Origin: an uncultured Gammaproteobacteria bacterium
GTDB taxonomy: Bacteria > Patescibacteriota > Microgenomatia > Levybacterales > GWA1-39-11
Assembly (NCBI GenBank): GCA_964409875.1
Contig: CAYPEN010000004.1
Span: forward strand, 11,596 to 75,595
Direction: 5' to 3'
DNA length: 64,000 bases
Part shown: positions 19,687 to 28,290 of the stretch, in pieces
Layout of the letters: each line of letters begins with the position of its first letter
How positions within the stretch are numbered: the first letter of the stretch is position 1
Notes under the pieces: model-generated
The model's database searches: none
Seen by the model: the letters and a program-made list of their open reading frames with translations, nothing else
Told to the model about the DNA's origin: nothing
Translations under genes and position numbers: made by a program

Positions 19687-20571
19687 ATGGAAACAGAAAG
19701 CAGCGGAGTGGACATCCGGAAAAATGGCTGGATTGGAAAGGACGTTTCACTTACTCGTAATACACTTATTAATCCTCATCAGGTGGTTATCGCAAGGCTT
19801 GCCGCCCACCCCGGTAGTTTTCCTCCTGAAATTCCCGAAGAAGATGAAAGTAGATTTTCACCTTCTCTTCGCAGCCGCTATGCTCAATCAGGACTGCATG
19901 GTGCAAATTTCGCATCAGCTATTGCTGTTGATTCATATCTGAATGCAATGGATCAGGATAATTTTGAATTTCAGTTCCCGCTTACCAATCTGATAGACGC
20001 ACCGATTTTTTTAGAAAAAAATACAAAACTATTGCGATTTTATATCCCCCCTACGGAATTTATAGGAAATGGCGAGCTGTTAGAATTGGTAGCTAATAAA
20101 GAGATACATATAGATGGTAAAAAAGGGGTAGATTGGGAGTATGTATATAAAAAAAATTTAACACAAAAAGCTGAGGATATCATAGGAATTGCATTAAAAA
20201 TAAAAGATGAGGAAAGAGGATATATCCCAGAATCACGTGAACCAATATCAATCAGCGGTACTGAAAAACATTACAGGGCTGAAATTGATCGGTTTCTCCG
20301 CCCTATTTCAAAACGAATTAATCCTCAAATACCTACTCTTTGGATTGGCGAAACCGTTCCGTTATTCTTAGGTAAAAAAATTGCAGGAGAAATTGAACGC
20401 AATGCATACCCCGGTTTTGTCGAAAATGCATTAAAAGAAACAACCGGAGAACATATCAATTCCAGACTTATTGACCCATCTACAGGATGGCCTATACGGG
20501 TTGAAATATTTAGTCCCACAGAGGGAAGTTATGTTGCTGATTGGGTTGTTTTCCGTTTTTTCAACCAATAA
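19687..20571 (+). CDS. hypothetical protein (possible dUTPase/dCTP-deaminase-like motif near C-terminus)
   Basis: 294 aa. The C-terminal RLIDPSTGWPIRVEI is reminiscent of dUTPase/Dcd motif 3; this is a weak match. Confidence 0.5.
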   Translation: METESSGVDIRKNGWIGKDVSLTRNTLINPHQVVIARLAAHPGSFPPEIPEEDESRFSPSLRSRYAQSGLHGANFASAIAVDSYLNAMDQDNFEFQFPLTNLIDAPIFLEKNTKLLRFYIPPTEFIGNGELLELVANKEIHIDGKKGVDWEYVYKKNLTQKAEDIIGIALKIKDEERGYIPESREPISISGTEKHYRAEIDRFLRPISKRINPQIPTLWIGETVPLFLGKKIAGEIERNAYPGFVENALKETTGEHINSRLIDPSTGWPIRVEIFSPTEGSYVADWVVFRFFNQ

Positions 20572-20953
20572 AACGCAATTTTTTAAGGAGGGAGATGTGA
20601 GGAAGATATACTCATATTTTAGAATGTTCTTAAATTATTCGCGTTCCAATGATTGATGTGTTTTGGAAGCCGAATTGCTTCCATTTGTACCATCTCTTTC
20701 CACATATCATATTCCAGACCATTCGTACTATGTCTTTGACTTGTTTTCTCTTTTGCTCCCAAATGCAATTTTTTTAAATGTAACATGTTTGTTCACCCCC
20801 TTTCTTGTTGCTATTATTTGCTTTTGGTGTGTCAACTTCAGTGAGTATTCTTACACTTTTTGTGTGAACTTCATTACACTTCTGAGGTTAAAATAGTGCT
20901 TGTCAGGATAATGTCACGGTCACGTGGCTCAGTGCATCTGATATAGTAAAACT

Positions 20954-21619
20954 ATGGAAAACATTACTTGGTTCGGACATGCGTCTTTTAGCTTCCTCGA
21001 TATACAAAGCGGTAAAAAGATTTATTATGTAGACCCTTTTCATCTCCCAACAGATACTTCAACGGGCCAAGTGGACAAGGCCGATATAATTTTTATAACT
21101 CATGCTCACCCTGACCATCTTTCCCCACCTGACATTACGATTTTGTTAAAGGAGGATACTGTAGTAGTTGCAACAGAGGATAGTCTAAAGACGCTTCAAA
21201 TTTCGCAAGAAAAATTTCCTGTCACTCCCAACAACGAATATTCTGTAAAAGATTTCTCCTTCAAAACCGTACCTGCATATAATACTAATTCTTCACGTCC
21301 ACACAAAAAAGAATACGGATGGGTTGGATATATATTTTCAATAAATGGGTTGAAAGTGTATCACGCAGGAGACACTGATTATATTCCCGAAATGGATAAT
21401 TTGAAGTCTGAAAATCTTGATATTGCCTTCCTTCCTATTGGAGGAACGTATGTTATGACACCTGACGAAGCAATTGAGGCTGCTAATGCAATTTCTGCTA
21501 AAAAAACAATTCCGATGCACTACAAAATGCTTTTGGGGGATAAGACAAAAGAGGGTGAAGAGCTATTCAAAAACGGTGTTACGAACTCGGAAGTGATATT
21601 TCTTGAGGAATTCAAATAG
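20954..21619 (+). CDS. MBL-fold metallo-hydrolase
   Basis: HAHPDH metal-binding motif (IIFITHAHPDHL) and later HAGD. Confidence 0.8.
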   Translation: MENITWFGHASFSFLDIQSGKKIYYVDPFHLPTDTSTGQVDKADIIFITHAHPDHLSPPDITILLKEDTVVVATEDSLKTLQISQEKFPVTPNNEYSVKDFSFKTVPAYNTNSSRPHKKEYGWVGYIFSINGLKVYHAGDTDYIPEMDNLKSENLDIAFLPIGGTYVMTPDEAIEAANAISAKKTIPMHYKMLLGDKTKEGEELFKNGVTNSEVIFLEEFK

Positions 21620-21628
21620 AAATTGTTT

Positions 21629-22252
21629 CTATTTAAAGCTTATGCGAGGATAAATCTCAGATTTAATTTTCTCAAAACTCTCTGCTGAGCCTCCATTATA
21701 ATATCCAATTACGTAAGAATATGTATCACCAAGAACCACCTGTCGATAAGCCCACATAAAATTACCTTTTGACGAATCCGGTTCCAAATTATATGAAGTT
21801 TTATTTCCTATCGTTTGTGTTTTCACAACAAGTTTATTCTTGTAGTCTGGAAGATTTTTCGTTAGCCATTCATCAATTGTGGACTCTTTTTGGTATACAT
21901 CTATTGGTATTCCATCCCAAAATTTACCAAACCTTTTAGAAAAATCTGGAGGGTATATATACACATTAATCCTTGTAATGATATTTTTGTCGTACAACCG
22001 AAGACTATCATCTCGCTTTAGTTGTCCGCTCCAACCGTTAGGAAGATCAATTCTTACTCCAAAGTTAAAAATGTCAGAACCAGAGATGTATTTTGAACCT
22101 TCAATAGGTGTTGTAGGGCTTGGGGTTATTCTATTTTGATTAATTGATATTTTTTGTTTGAAAGAGTATGTAAATACGCCGATTAGCAAACAGAGGAATA
22201 TGACGATAATAAATGGTGCTGAGCTTTGTGAGCGATGCTCTTTTAATGCCAT
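21629..22252 (-). CDS. membrane-anchored hypothetical protein
   Basis: N-terminal TM anchor, then a ~170 aa exterior domain. Separated by 3 nt from the upstream cyclophilin gene (operon). Confidence 0.55.
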   Translation of the reverse strand: MALKEHRSQSSAPFIIVIFLCLLIGVFTYSFKQKISINQNRITPSPTTPIEGSKYISGSDIFNFGVRIDLPNGWSGQLKRDDSLRLYDKNIITRINVYIYPPDFSKRFGKFWDGIPIDVYQKESTIDEWLTKNLPDYKNKLVVKTQTIGNKTSYNLEPDSSKGNFMWAYRQVVLGDTYSYVIGYYNGGSAESFEKIKSEIYPRISFK

Positions 22253-22255
22253 AAG

Positions 22256-22948
22256 TTATGGAGATACTTCAACGCTCGTCATTTTGTCGCCGACAGCGAT
22301 TTTGTGGACGACATCCATCCCTTTTGTGACTTTTCCGAAGATTGTGTAATTTTTGGGAAGCGTGTCATTATCAGCAAGCATGATGAAGAACTGTGAGCCG
22401 TTGGTATTGGGTCCCCGGTTGGCCATCGCGACAACTCCTTCTTTGTACCCTTCTTTATATGAAGCGGTTGAAGGAATAAGTTCATCATCAAAAGTAGGTC
22501 CGTAAATGGAATATCCGCCGGTTCCATTCCCATTTGGGTCTCCTCCTTGGATTACAAACCCTGGTTCTACCCTATGAAAAGTAAGGCCGTTATAATATCC
22601 TCTTTTTGAGAGGGTCGCAAAATTTTTAACGGTCTTTGGCGCATCGTCTGGGTAGAATTGTACCTCAATGTCTCCTTTTAGAGTGTGGATTATGCCAGTT
22701 GCTGCTGAGACTATATCACTTTGTGCAACAGTTGGCGCAGCCGTTGGAGACGCATTTGCATGCGGGGCAGCTGTTGGTTGTGCCGCAAGTGGACTTTGTG
22801 TTGTATGAAGGTTGATGTCAATTGGGGGAGTCGGGGTGAGGTCTCCGAGTGCTGATAATGGATTTTTGCCATCTGCCCTAGTGAATACGACTATAAAAAC
22901 TGCTGTTAAGAGGAGAATTCCGATGATAACAAAAGGTACCTTGCTCAC
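22256..22948 (-). CDS. peptidyl-prolyl cis-trans isomerase, cyclophilin type, membrane anchored
   Basis: YYNGLTFHRVEPGFVIQGGDP...NRGPNTNGSQFFIM. N-terminal TM anchor and Ala/Pro/Thr linker. Confidence 0.9.
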   Translation of the reverse strand: MSKVPFVIIGILLLTAVFIVVFTRADGKNPLSALGDLTPTPPIDINLHTTQSPLAAQPTAAPHANASPTAAPTVAQSDIVSAATGIIHTLKGDIEVQFYPDDAPKTVKNFATLSKRGYYNGLTFHRVEPGFVIQGGDPNGNGTGGYSIYGPTFDDELIPSTASYKEGYKEGVVAMANRGPNTNGSQFFIMLADNDTLPKNYTIFGKVTKGMDVVHKIAVGDKMTSVEVSP

Positions 22949-22980
22949 GGGTTAGATTTTAACAGCAAGGAAAACAGAAT

Positions 22981-23757
22981 TCAATGGTTCTTGAAAGAGC
23001 CAAGCGAACCTATCGTTTCCGGATTTCCGATTGTGATTGTGCCAGGCATACCCCTATGGAGCCTGCTGTCACAAACCCTCCTCCTCTTTAGAAGTTTGAC
23101 AGTTCTATTTTCCTCCTCTATATACCAGTCGTTAGGGTAATATTCCCATTTTAAATGTTTTCCGCAGTCACCACAGCTTTCTTCAAGTTCAATTCTATTT
23201 CGTAAACCGCCCTTGTTGTAAGTATCAATTAGTAGTCTTTTTATTTGGCCGGGAGTTTGTGGGATTTGGAATTTATGTTCATCCGGATTATCACATTTAT
23301 GAACAGTAGTTGTTTCTCCTCTTAAGCCTCTTGTGACGGTACATAAACCATCCGTTATTGTTACGCCATTTAAGTCCTCAAGATTGGCAAGGGTTCGGGG
23401 GGCAAATGGGGAGGCTTTTGTTTCGGCAGTTAATCTAGTACTATCAACCGAAAGTCCAGTATTGCCTGCCATCTGAATCCTTCTGTTTGCAGTTTGTGCC
23501 CTTGCGCTCCATGAAAGGTCGGTAGGGCCGTGTTTTTTTTCTATTCTTCCAAGAGTAATAATTTTGTCGTCGGTTACTATTACAATCTCCTCATCTCCCT
23601 CCTTGTCTTTAACAAGTCCATGTTGAGTAAGCTGTTCTTTTCTCCAAGTGACTAGCGTGTCTCCTTTCTCTATCCTGTCTTCTACGATAACCACAAAGCC
23701 TAAATTCTGCTCTTGGATTCGTCTAAGATGGTCTCTAAAAAGCTTACGGGTTAACAT
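22981..23757 (-). CDS. hypothetical Cys-cluster protein (downstream part of a TGA-split reading frame)
   Basis: 258 aa with CGDCGKH...C near the C-terminus. In the same frame as ORF 23863..24108, separated from it by a single TGA and 105 nt of open frame. Confidence 0.55.
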   Translation of the reverse strand: MLTRKLFRDHLRRIQEQNLGFVVIVEDRIEKGDTLVTWRKEQLTQHGLVKDKEGDEEIVIVTDDKIITLGRIEKKHGPTDLSWSARAQTANRRIQMAGNTGLSVDSTRLTAETKASPFAPRTLANLEDLNGVTITDGLCTVTRGLRGETTTVHKCDNPDEHKFQIPQTPGQIKRLLIDTYNKGGLRNRIELEESCGDCGKHLKWEYYPNDWYIEEENRTVKLLKRRRVCDSRLHRGMPGTITIGNPETIGSLGSFKNH

Positions 23758-23862
23758 GCGTGTCGCAACATCTATAACCTGGTCGTAATTGTCTTTTGGA
23801 CTTCTGGGACCGGTATGAATGATAACGGCGGGTACTTTTTGGGGTTCTGTTATTGGGCGCTC

Positions 23863-24108
23863 TCAATTATGCCCGTGTAATTGGACAGGATGACCCTGCT
23901 GGTCCAGCATAACAACTGTTCTGGGAAGATGATTGTCTGGTTTTTCAGGGTCTATTTTTGAAGCATCCATGTATACGACGTTGCCTGGGGGTAGTTGTTG
24001 CCATCGTCTATCACCCAGCAACAAATTTGGAAAGACAATTGGCTCCTGTGGTGAAAGGAGGAGATCGGGAGGATTTACTGGTTCCGATGCCTCAAAAGGC
24101 TCTGACAT
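23863..24108 (-). CDS. hypothetical protein, upstream part of the TGA-split reading frame (possible pseudogene fragment)
   Basis: 81 aa ending ...LHGHN then TGA (plus-strand 23863-23865). The frame continues without further stops into the ATG of the 258 aa ORF. Confidence 0.35.
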   Translation of the reverse strand: MSEPFEASEPVNPPDLLLSPQEPIVFPNLLLGDRRWQQLPPGNVVYMDASKIDPEKPDNHLPRTVVMLDQQGHPVQLHGHN

Positions 24109-24297
24109 AGTGACATTGTAGCACAGAGCAAAGATTTATCTATAATGGTGATATTTTTTATGTAAGTATTCATATAACTTTGATAAAAAGAATTTTGTTA
24201 AGTCTTCAAGCTGCTCCTTAAGATTTTCAATTTCCTCTAAGGCATAGGGTTAAGACTTGGTGATTATCAGATAGAAATTATAGTACTGGTTAGAATA

Positions 24298-25065
24298 TTA
24301 CTTTTGAGCGACGATGACGACGCGGTGGCGGGGCAAATCAATTCCTTTTGGTGTTGTAAATTTTTGGCAATATTCTTCTAGTTTTTTCATGTCCTTTACC
24401 GAATCAAAATCCGTAAAAATAGGAACTCCTTGTAGAAACAGATCTAGGTCATTTATTGTTTTGTAATATTCATTATATTTATAATCTTGTGCAAAAATTA
24501 TTTTAAATCCAGCTTCTTTTAAATCTTTTATATCTTTTTCTTTCTGAGAATTATTCCACTTTCCGTAATTTTGGCCTCTTCCAAAGACTTGTTTTAACTC
24601 CATCGTATCTTTCTCTCCAATATCAATCTCCAAATAATATCCGCCTTTTTTAAGAAGTCTAAAATATTCATCAAAATAGGTTGGCCCACGACGACAAAAA
24701 ATTATGTCAAAGGATTCGTCTTCAAAACTGGTTTGCTCTGCATTTTGCTCGTAAAAAAATACATTCGCAATGTTAAGTGATTTCTTTTTTTCATTTGCTA
24801 TTGATAATAGTTCGGAAGATGTATCAATGCCTGTTATTTCATCAAAATTCGGTGCTATTTCATAAGCAAATTTACAATCGCCACATCCAACATCTAAAGC
24901 TTTCTTATTACTTCCAGAAAGTTCCAAGAGTTTTTCTTTAAAGACTTGCTCGGGGTTAGCATTAGGATATTCGGATACCATATTGTAATTTTTATGAGCA
25001 TAACCATAGCCCCCAAATTTTTTAGCAACTTTGTTATAAAAATTTTCTTCGTTTTTTAATGTCAT
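24298..25065 (-). CDS. class I SAM-dependent methyltransferase
   Basis: Motif I LDVGCGDCKF and acidic motif II region. Confidence 0.8.
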   Translation of the reverse strand: MTLKNEENFYNKVAKKFGGYGYAHKNYNMVSEYPNANPEQVFKEKLLELSGSNKKALDVGCGDCKFAYEIAPNFDEITGIDTSSELLSIANEKKKSLNIANVFFYEQNAEQTSFEDESFDIIFCRRGPTYFDEYFRLLKKGGYYLEIDIGEKDTMELKQVFGRGQNYGKWNNSQKEKDIKDLKEAGFKIIFAQDYKYNEYYKTINDLDLFLQGVPIFTDFDSVKDMKKLEEYCQKFTTPKGIDLPRHRVVIVAQK

Positions 25066-25071
25066 ATTTGT

Positions 25072-26163
25072 TTAAAAATTAATTTTCGGTGATTTTGTGA
25101 GACTTTCAATCCCGTCCATAGTTATAAGTACTGTGTCTTCAATTCTAATTCCTCCCAAGTTAGGGATATACACTCCAGGTTCAACGGTTACTATCATTCC
25201 CGGTTTAAGCCCGTCTTCGCTTAATGGAGAAAGGTACGGACTTTCGTGAACCTGGAGTCCAACACCATGCCCCAGCCCATGGGGAATATCAGAAAAACCC
25301 AAAGCGGAAAGATGGCTATTTGCAAGTTGGGCCGGCTTTTTTGGGTCAAAGTCGTCTTTCATGTGGGTTTTAAGTGAATCGAGCGCAATTTCCTGTGCCT
25401 TTTTTGTTGCGGTATATATCCGTGTTAATTCTTCACTAGGTGTTCCTATAAAAAAGGTTCGTGTCATATCTGAGCAATATCCATTAACTTTTGCGCCAAA
25501 ATCTAGAAGCACAATGTCATTTTGAGAAAGTACCGTATCATTTGACATATGATGAGGTATCGCAGAATTCTTTCCAAACGCGATTATTGAATCGAAAGAC
25601 AATTTTCCCCCATTATTCCGCATAAAATTTTCGAGTTTTGTTTTTACTTCTAGTTCCGTTTCCCCGACTTTGATGTCATCCCGAATGTATCCAAAAGCTT
25701 TGTCGGAAAGCGCGCATGCTTTTTTAATGTTTTCCACTTCGTCATTATCTTTTACTTCCCGAAGGTCTTCGACAATATCGAAAGTTGGAGTAAGTTCTGT
25801 ATTCGTTGCCTTTTCTTCGATATCTGCAATTTCTTTATAGGAAATATTATCTTCCTCAAATCCCATTGTTTTTACGATATTTGTTTGAAGATATTCGGTT
25901 AACGTTTTGATAAATGGGTTTTGAGAGGAAATTTCAGCAAGTGTCATAAAGGGTGCCGTATCTTTTACCATTTGTGTGTAGCGAGCGTCGGTAAAAAGCA
26001 TCGCGTCTGACTTTGTTACTAAAATCCGAGCCTCGCGTTCTTCTATAGAAAACGCATGAATACCGGTAAGATACGCAATGTTATAGGGGGAGGTTATGAG
26101 AAGTGCCTCGATGTCAAAATTGGAAAGTTCCGTCTGTAGTTGTTTTATACGACTTTCAAACAT
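25072..26163 (-). CDS. Xaa-Pro aminopeptidase (M24 family)
   Basis: HGLGHGVGLQVHE and other M24 metal ligands. Start set at MFESRIKQ (26163), giving ~363 aa; the track ORF extends further upstream without support. Confidence 0.85.
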   Translation of the reverse strand: MFESRIKQLQTELSNFDIEALLITSPYNIAYLTGIHAFSIEEREARILVTKSDAMLFTDARYTQMVKDTAPFMTLAEISSQNPFIKTLTEYLQTNIVKTMGFEEDNISYKEIADIEEKATNTELTPTFDIVEDLREVKDNDEVENIKKACALSDKAFGYIRDDIKVGETELEVKTKLENFMRNNGGKLSFDSIIAFGKNSAIPHHMSNDTVLSQNDIVLLDFGAKVNGYCSDMTRTFFIGTPSEELTRIYTATKKAQEIALDSLKTHMKDDFDPKKPAQLANSHLSALGFSDIPHGLGHGVGLQVHESPYLSPLSEDGLKPGMIVTVEPGVYIPNLGGIRIEDTVLITMDGIESLTKSPKINF

Positions 26164-26262
26164 AGTTAATTTTAACAGAAGGCACCTAAAAATGAATGCT
26201 ATAATACCGTTGTGTCTGAGCGTAAAGTATACACTCCAACAAATTATATTGAGCAAGAGGTT

Positions 26263-26709
26263 ATGTCCCCTGTAATTTTTCTTGCGGGTCCTATCCAGGG
26301 CACAGGCGACTGGCAAAGTGATGCGATCGATATAATTCACACTCAAAGACCCGACATAATAATTGCCTCTCCTAGAAGAGATTATCTTCCCGGTGATTTT
26401 GTTTACGACAGGCAAGTTGATTGGGAAACTTTTCACTTAAGAAAAGCAGGAAAAGATGGTACTATTCTATTTTGGCTTGCTAAGGAGTTAGACCATGATT
26501 GCAATAGAGCATATGCGCAAACTACCCGCGCTGAATTATTTGAATGGAAAGTTCGACATGAAAGGGATGGTGCGAAATTGGTTATTGGAATTGAGGAAGG
26601 ATTTTCAGGCGCAAAATATATCCAAAGAAGGTTTTCGCAGGATTGTCCTCAAGTGCCTATTCTTGAGACACTTATACAAACATGCCAATCTGCAATTAGT
26701 TTAATTTAG
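26263..26709 (+). CDS. nucleoside 2-deoxyribosyltransferase-like protein
   Basis: PVIFLAGPIQGT...W pattern of the NDT-like Rossmann family. ATG at 26263 with AGAGG upstream; the track's GTG start is at 26212. Confidence 0.55.
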   Translation: MSPVIFLAGPIQGTGDWQSDAIDIIHTQRPDIIIASPRRDYLPGDFVYDRQVDWETFHLRKAGKDGTILFWLAKELDHDCNRAYAQTTRAELFEWKVRHERDGAKLVIGIEEGFSGAKYIQRRFSQDCPQVPILETLIQTCQSAISLI

Positions 26710-26755
26710 AAACTTTTGAGATTGACATAAAAAAGCAATTTCTTTATATTAAACT

Positions 26756-28285
26756 ATGATTGTTGTCGTAGACTTCGGTTCCCAGACCTCTCATTTAATA
26801 GCCCGCCGCATCAAAGATTTAGGTGTTCCTATAACAATAATTGAGCCAAAAAAATTCAGACCAAACATGTTGCCTGAGCCAGCGGGAATAATCTTGTCAG
26901 GCGGACCCGCATCGGTATATGAGGAAGGTGCTCCTACTATAGACCAATCAATTTTTTCTCTCGGTATTCCAATTCTTGGGATTTGTTATGGACTTCAGCT
27001 GATGTCACACCTTAATGGCGGGAAAGTAATTCAGGGAAGAAAGGAATACGGACCGGTTAGGGTTTCACTGACGTCTCGGGCGAAAGATGCCGCGTTCACC
27101 CATGGATTGTCACCCAAGTTTACTGCATGGATGAGTCATGGAGATGAAATCATAAAAGTACCAACCGGCATGAAAGTATTGGGACACACAAAGAACATGA
27201 AGTATGCAATTGTGGGGGATGTAAAGAGAAAAATTTACGGGCTGCAATTCCACCCAGAGGTAGAACATACGGATTTTGGTAATTTACTTCTTCGCAATTT
27301 TCTTTCAATCTGCGATGTCAAAACAACTTCCCAAACAATTGCAATACAAAGTCTTATCGATGAGATAAAAGAGACTGTCGGGGACAATTATGTAATAGGC
27401 GCAGTCAGTGGAGGGGTTGATAGTACTGTTGCTGCAGTTCTGACTGCAAAAGCGATTGGGAACAGATTTTATCCGATATATGTTGACAATGGACTTATGC
27501 GGTCTGATACGAAGGAACATGTTGAACGGATATTTGAGCATGTTGGAATAAAACCTATTATTGTTGAAAGTCGTGGAGAGATGCTTGTTTTGTTATCCGG
27601 AATTAAAGATAGCGAAGAAAAAAGAAAAGTTATCGGAAGGCATTATATCGAAGTTTTTGAAAGAGAACTTGATATGCTTGAGAAAAAAGGTATTAAGCCT
27701 GAATTTTTGATGCAGGGGACAATATACAGTGATGTTATTGAGAGCAAAGGGACAAAGCATGCCGCAAAAATAAAGTCACACCACAATGTAGGGGGTCTCC
27801 CAAAACATATGAAAATGAAACTTTTAGAGCCGCTTCGAGAATTTTATAAAGATGAAGTGCGCTCAATCGGATTAAAACTTGAATTGCCAAAGGAATTTGT
27901 CTACAAGCAGCCATTTCCAGGACCGGGGTATGCAGTGAGGATACGGGGAGTGGTCAATGAGAAAAGACTTGCTATGGAAGAAAAAGCAGACAGAATAGTC
28001 ATGGAAGAGTTGGGAAAAGCAAAACTTTTAGATAAGATATTTATCTCATTTCCTGTTTTGACGGGTGCGATGTCAACTGCTGTCAAAGGGGACGGGAGAA
28101 GTTTCTCAGAAGTTGTTGCGCTAAGAGTTGTAGAGTCGGCAGACGTTATGACGTCTACGTGGTCACGCCTTCCATATGATGTTTTGCAAAACATTTCATC
28201 AAGGATTGTTAATGAAGTGCCTGATGTTTCAAGGGTTGTATACGATATCTCCACAAAGCCCCCTGCGACAATGGAGTGGGAGTAA
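26756..28285 (+). CDS. guaA: GMP synthase (glutamine-hydrolysing)
   Basis: GATase (GICYGLQLM), ATP-PPase SGGVDSTV, and C-terminal dimerisation domain. Confidence 0.95.
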   Translation: MIVVVDFGSQTSHLIARRIKDLGVPITIIEPKKFRPNMLPEPAGIILSGGPASVYEEGAPTIDQSIFSLGIPILGICYGLQLMSHLNGGKVIQGRKEYGPVRVSLTSRAKDAAFTHGLSPKFTAWMSHGDEIIKVPTGMKVLGHTKNMKYAIVGDVKRKIYGLQFHPEVEHTDFGNLLLRNFLSICDVKTTSQTIAIQSLIDEIKETVGDNYVIGAVSGGVDSTVAAVLTAKAIGNRFYPIYVDNGLMRSDTKEHVERIFEHVGIKPIIVESRGEMLVLLSGIKDSEEKRKVIGRHYIEVFERELDMLEKKGIKPEFLMQGTIYSDVIESKGTKHAAKIKSHHNVGGLPKHMKMKLLEPLREFYKDEVRSIGLKLELPKEFVYKQPFPGPGYAVRIRGVVNEKRLAMEEKADRIVMEELGKAKLLDKIFISFPVLTGAMSTAVKGDGRSFSEVVALRVVESADVMTSTWSRLPYDVLQNISSRIVNEVPDVSRVVYDISTKPPATMEWE

Positions 28286-28290
28286 GGGGT

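Noticed and set aside
23820-23865. Selenocysteine insertion at the in-frame TGA
   Set aside because: No convincing SECIS-like hairpin within ~40 nt downstream, and no Cys-motif context. It remains formally possible and is listed as a check in the finding.
25072-26436. N-terminal 91 aa extension of the M24 peptidase ORF
   Set aside because: The extension overlaps the promoter region, is hydrophobic and irregular, and M24 aminopeptidases begin near MFESRIKQ. The internal ATG at 26163 was chosen.
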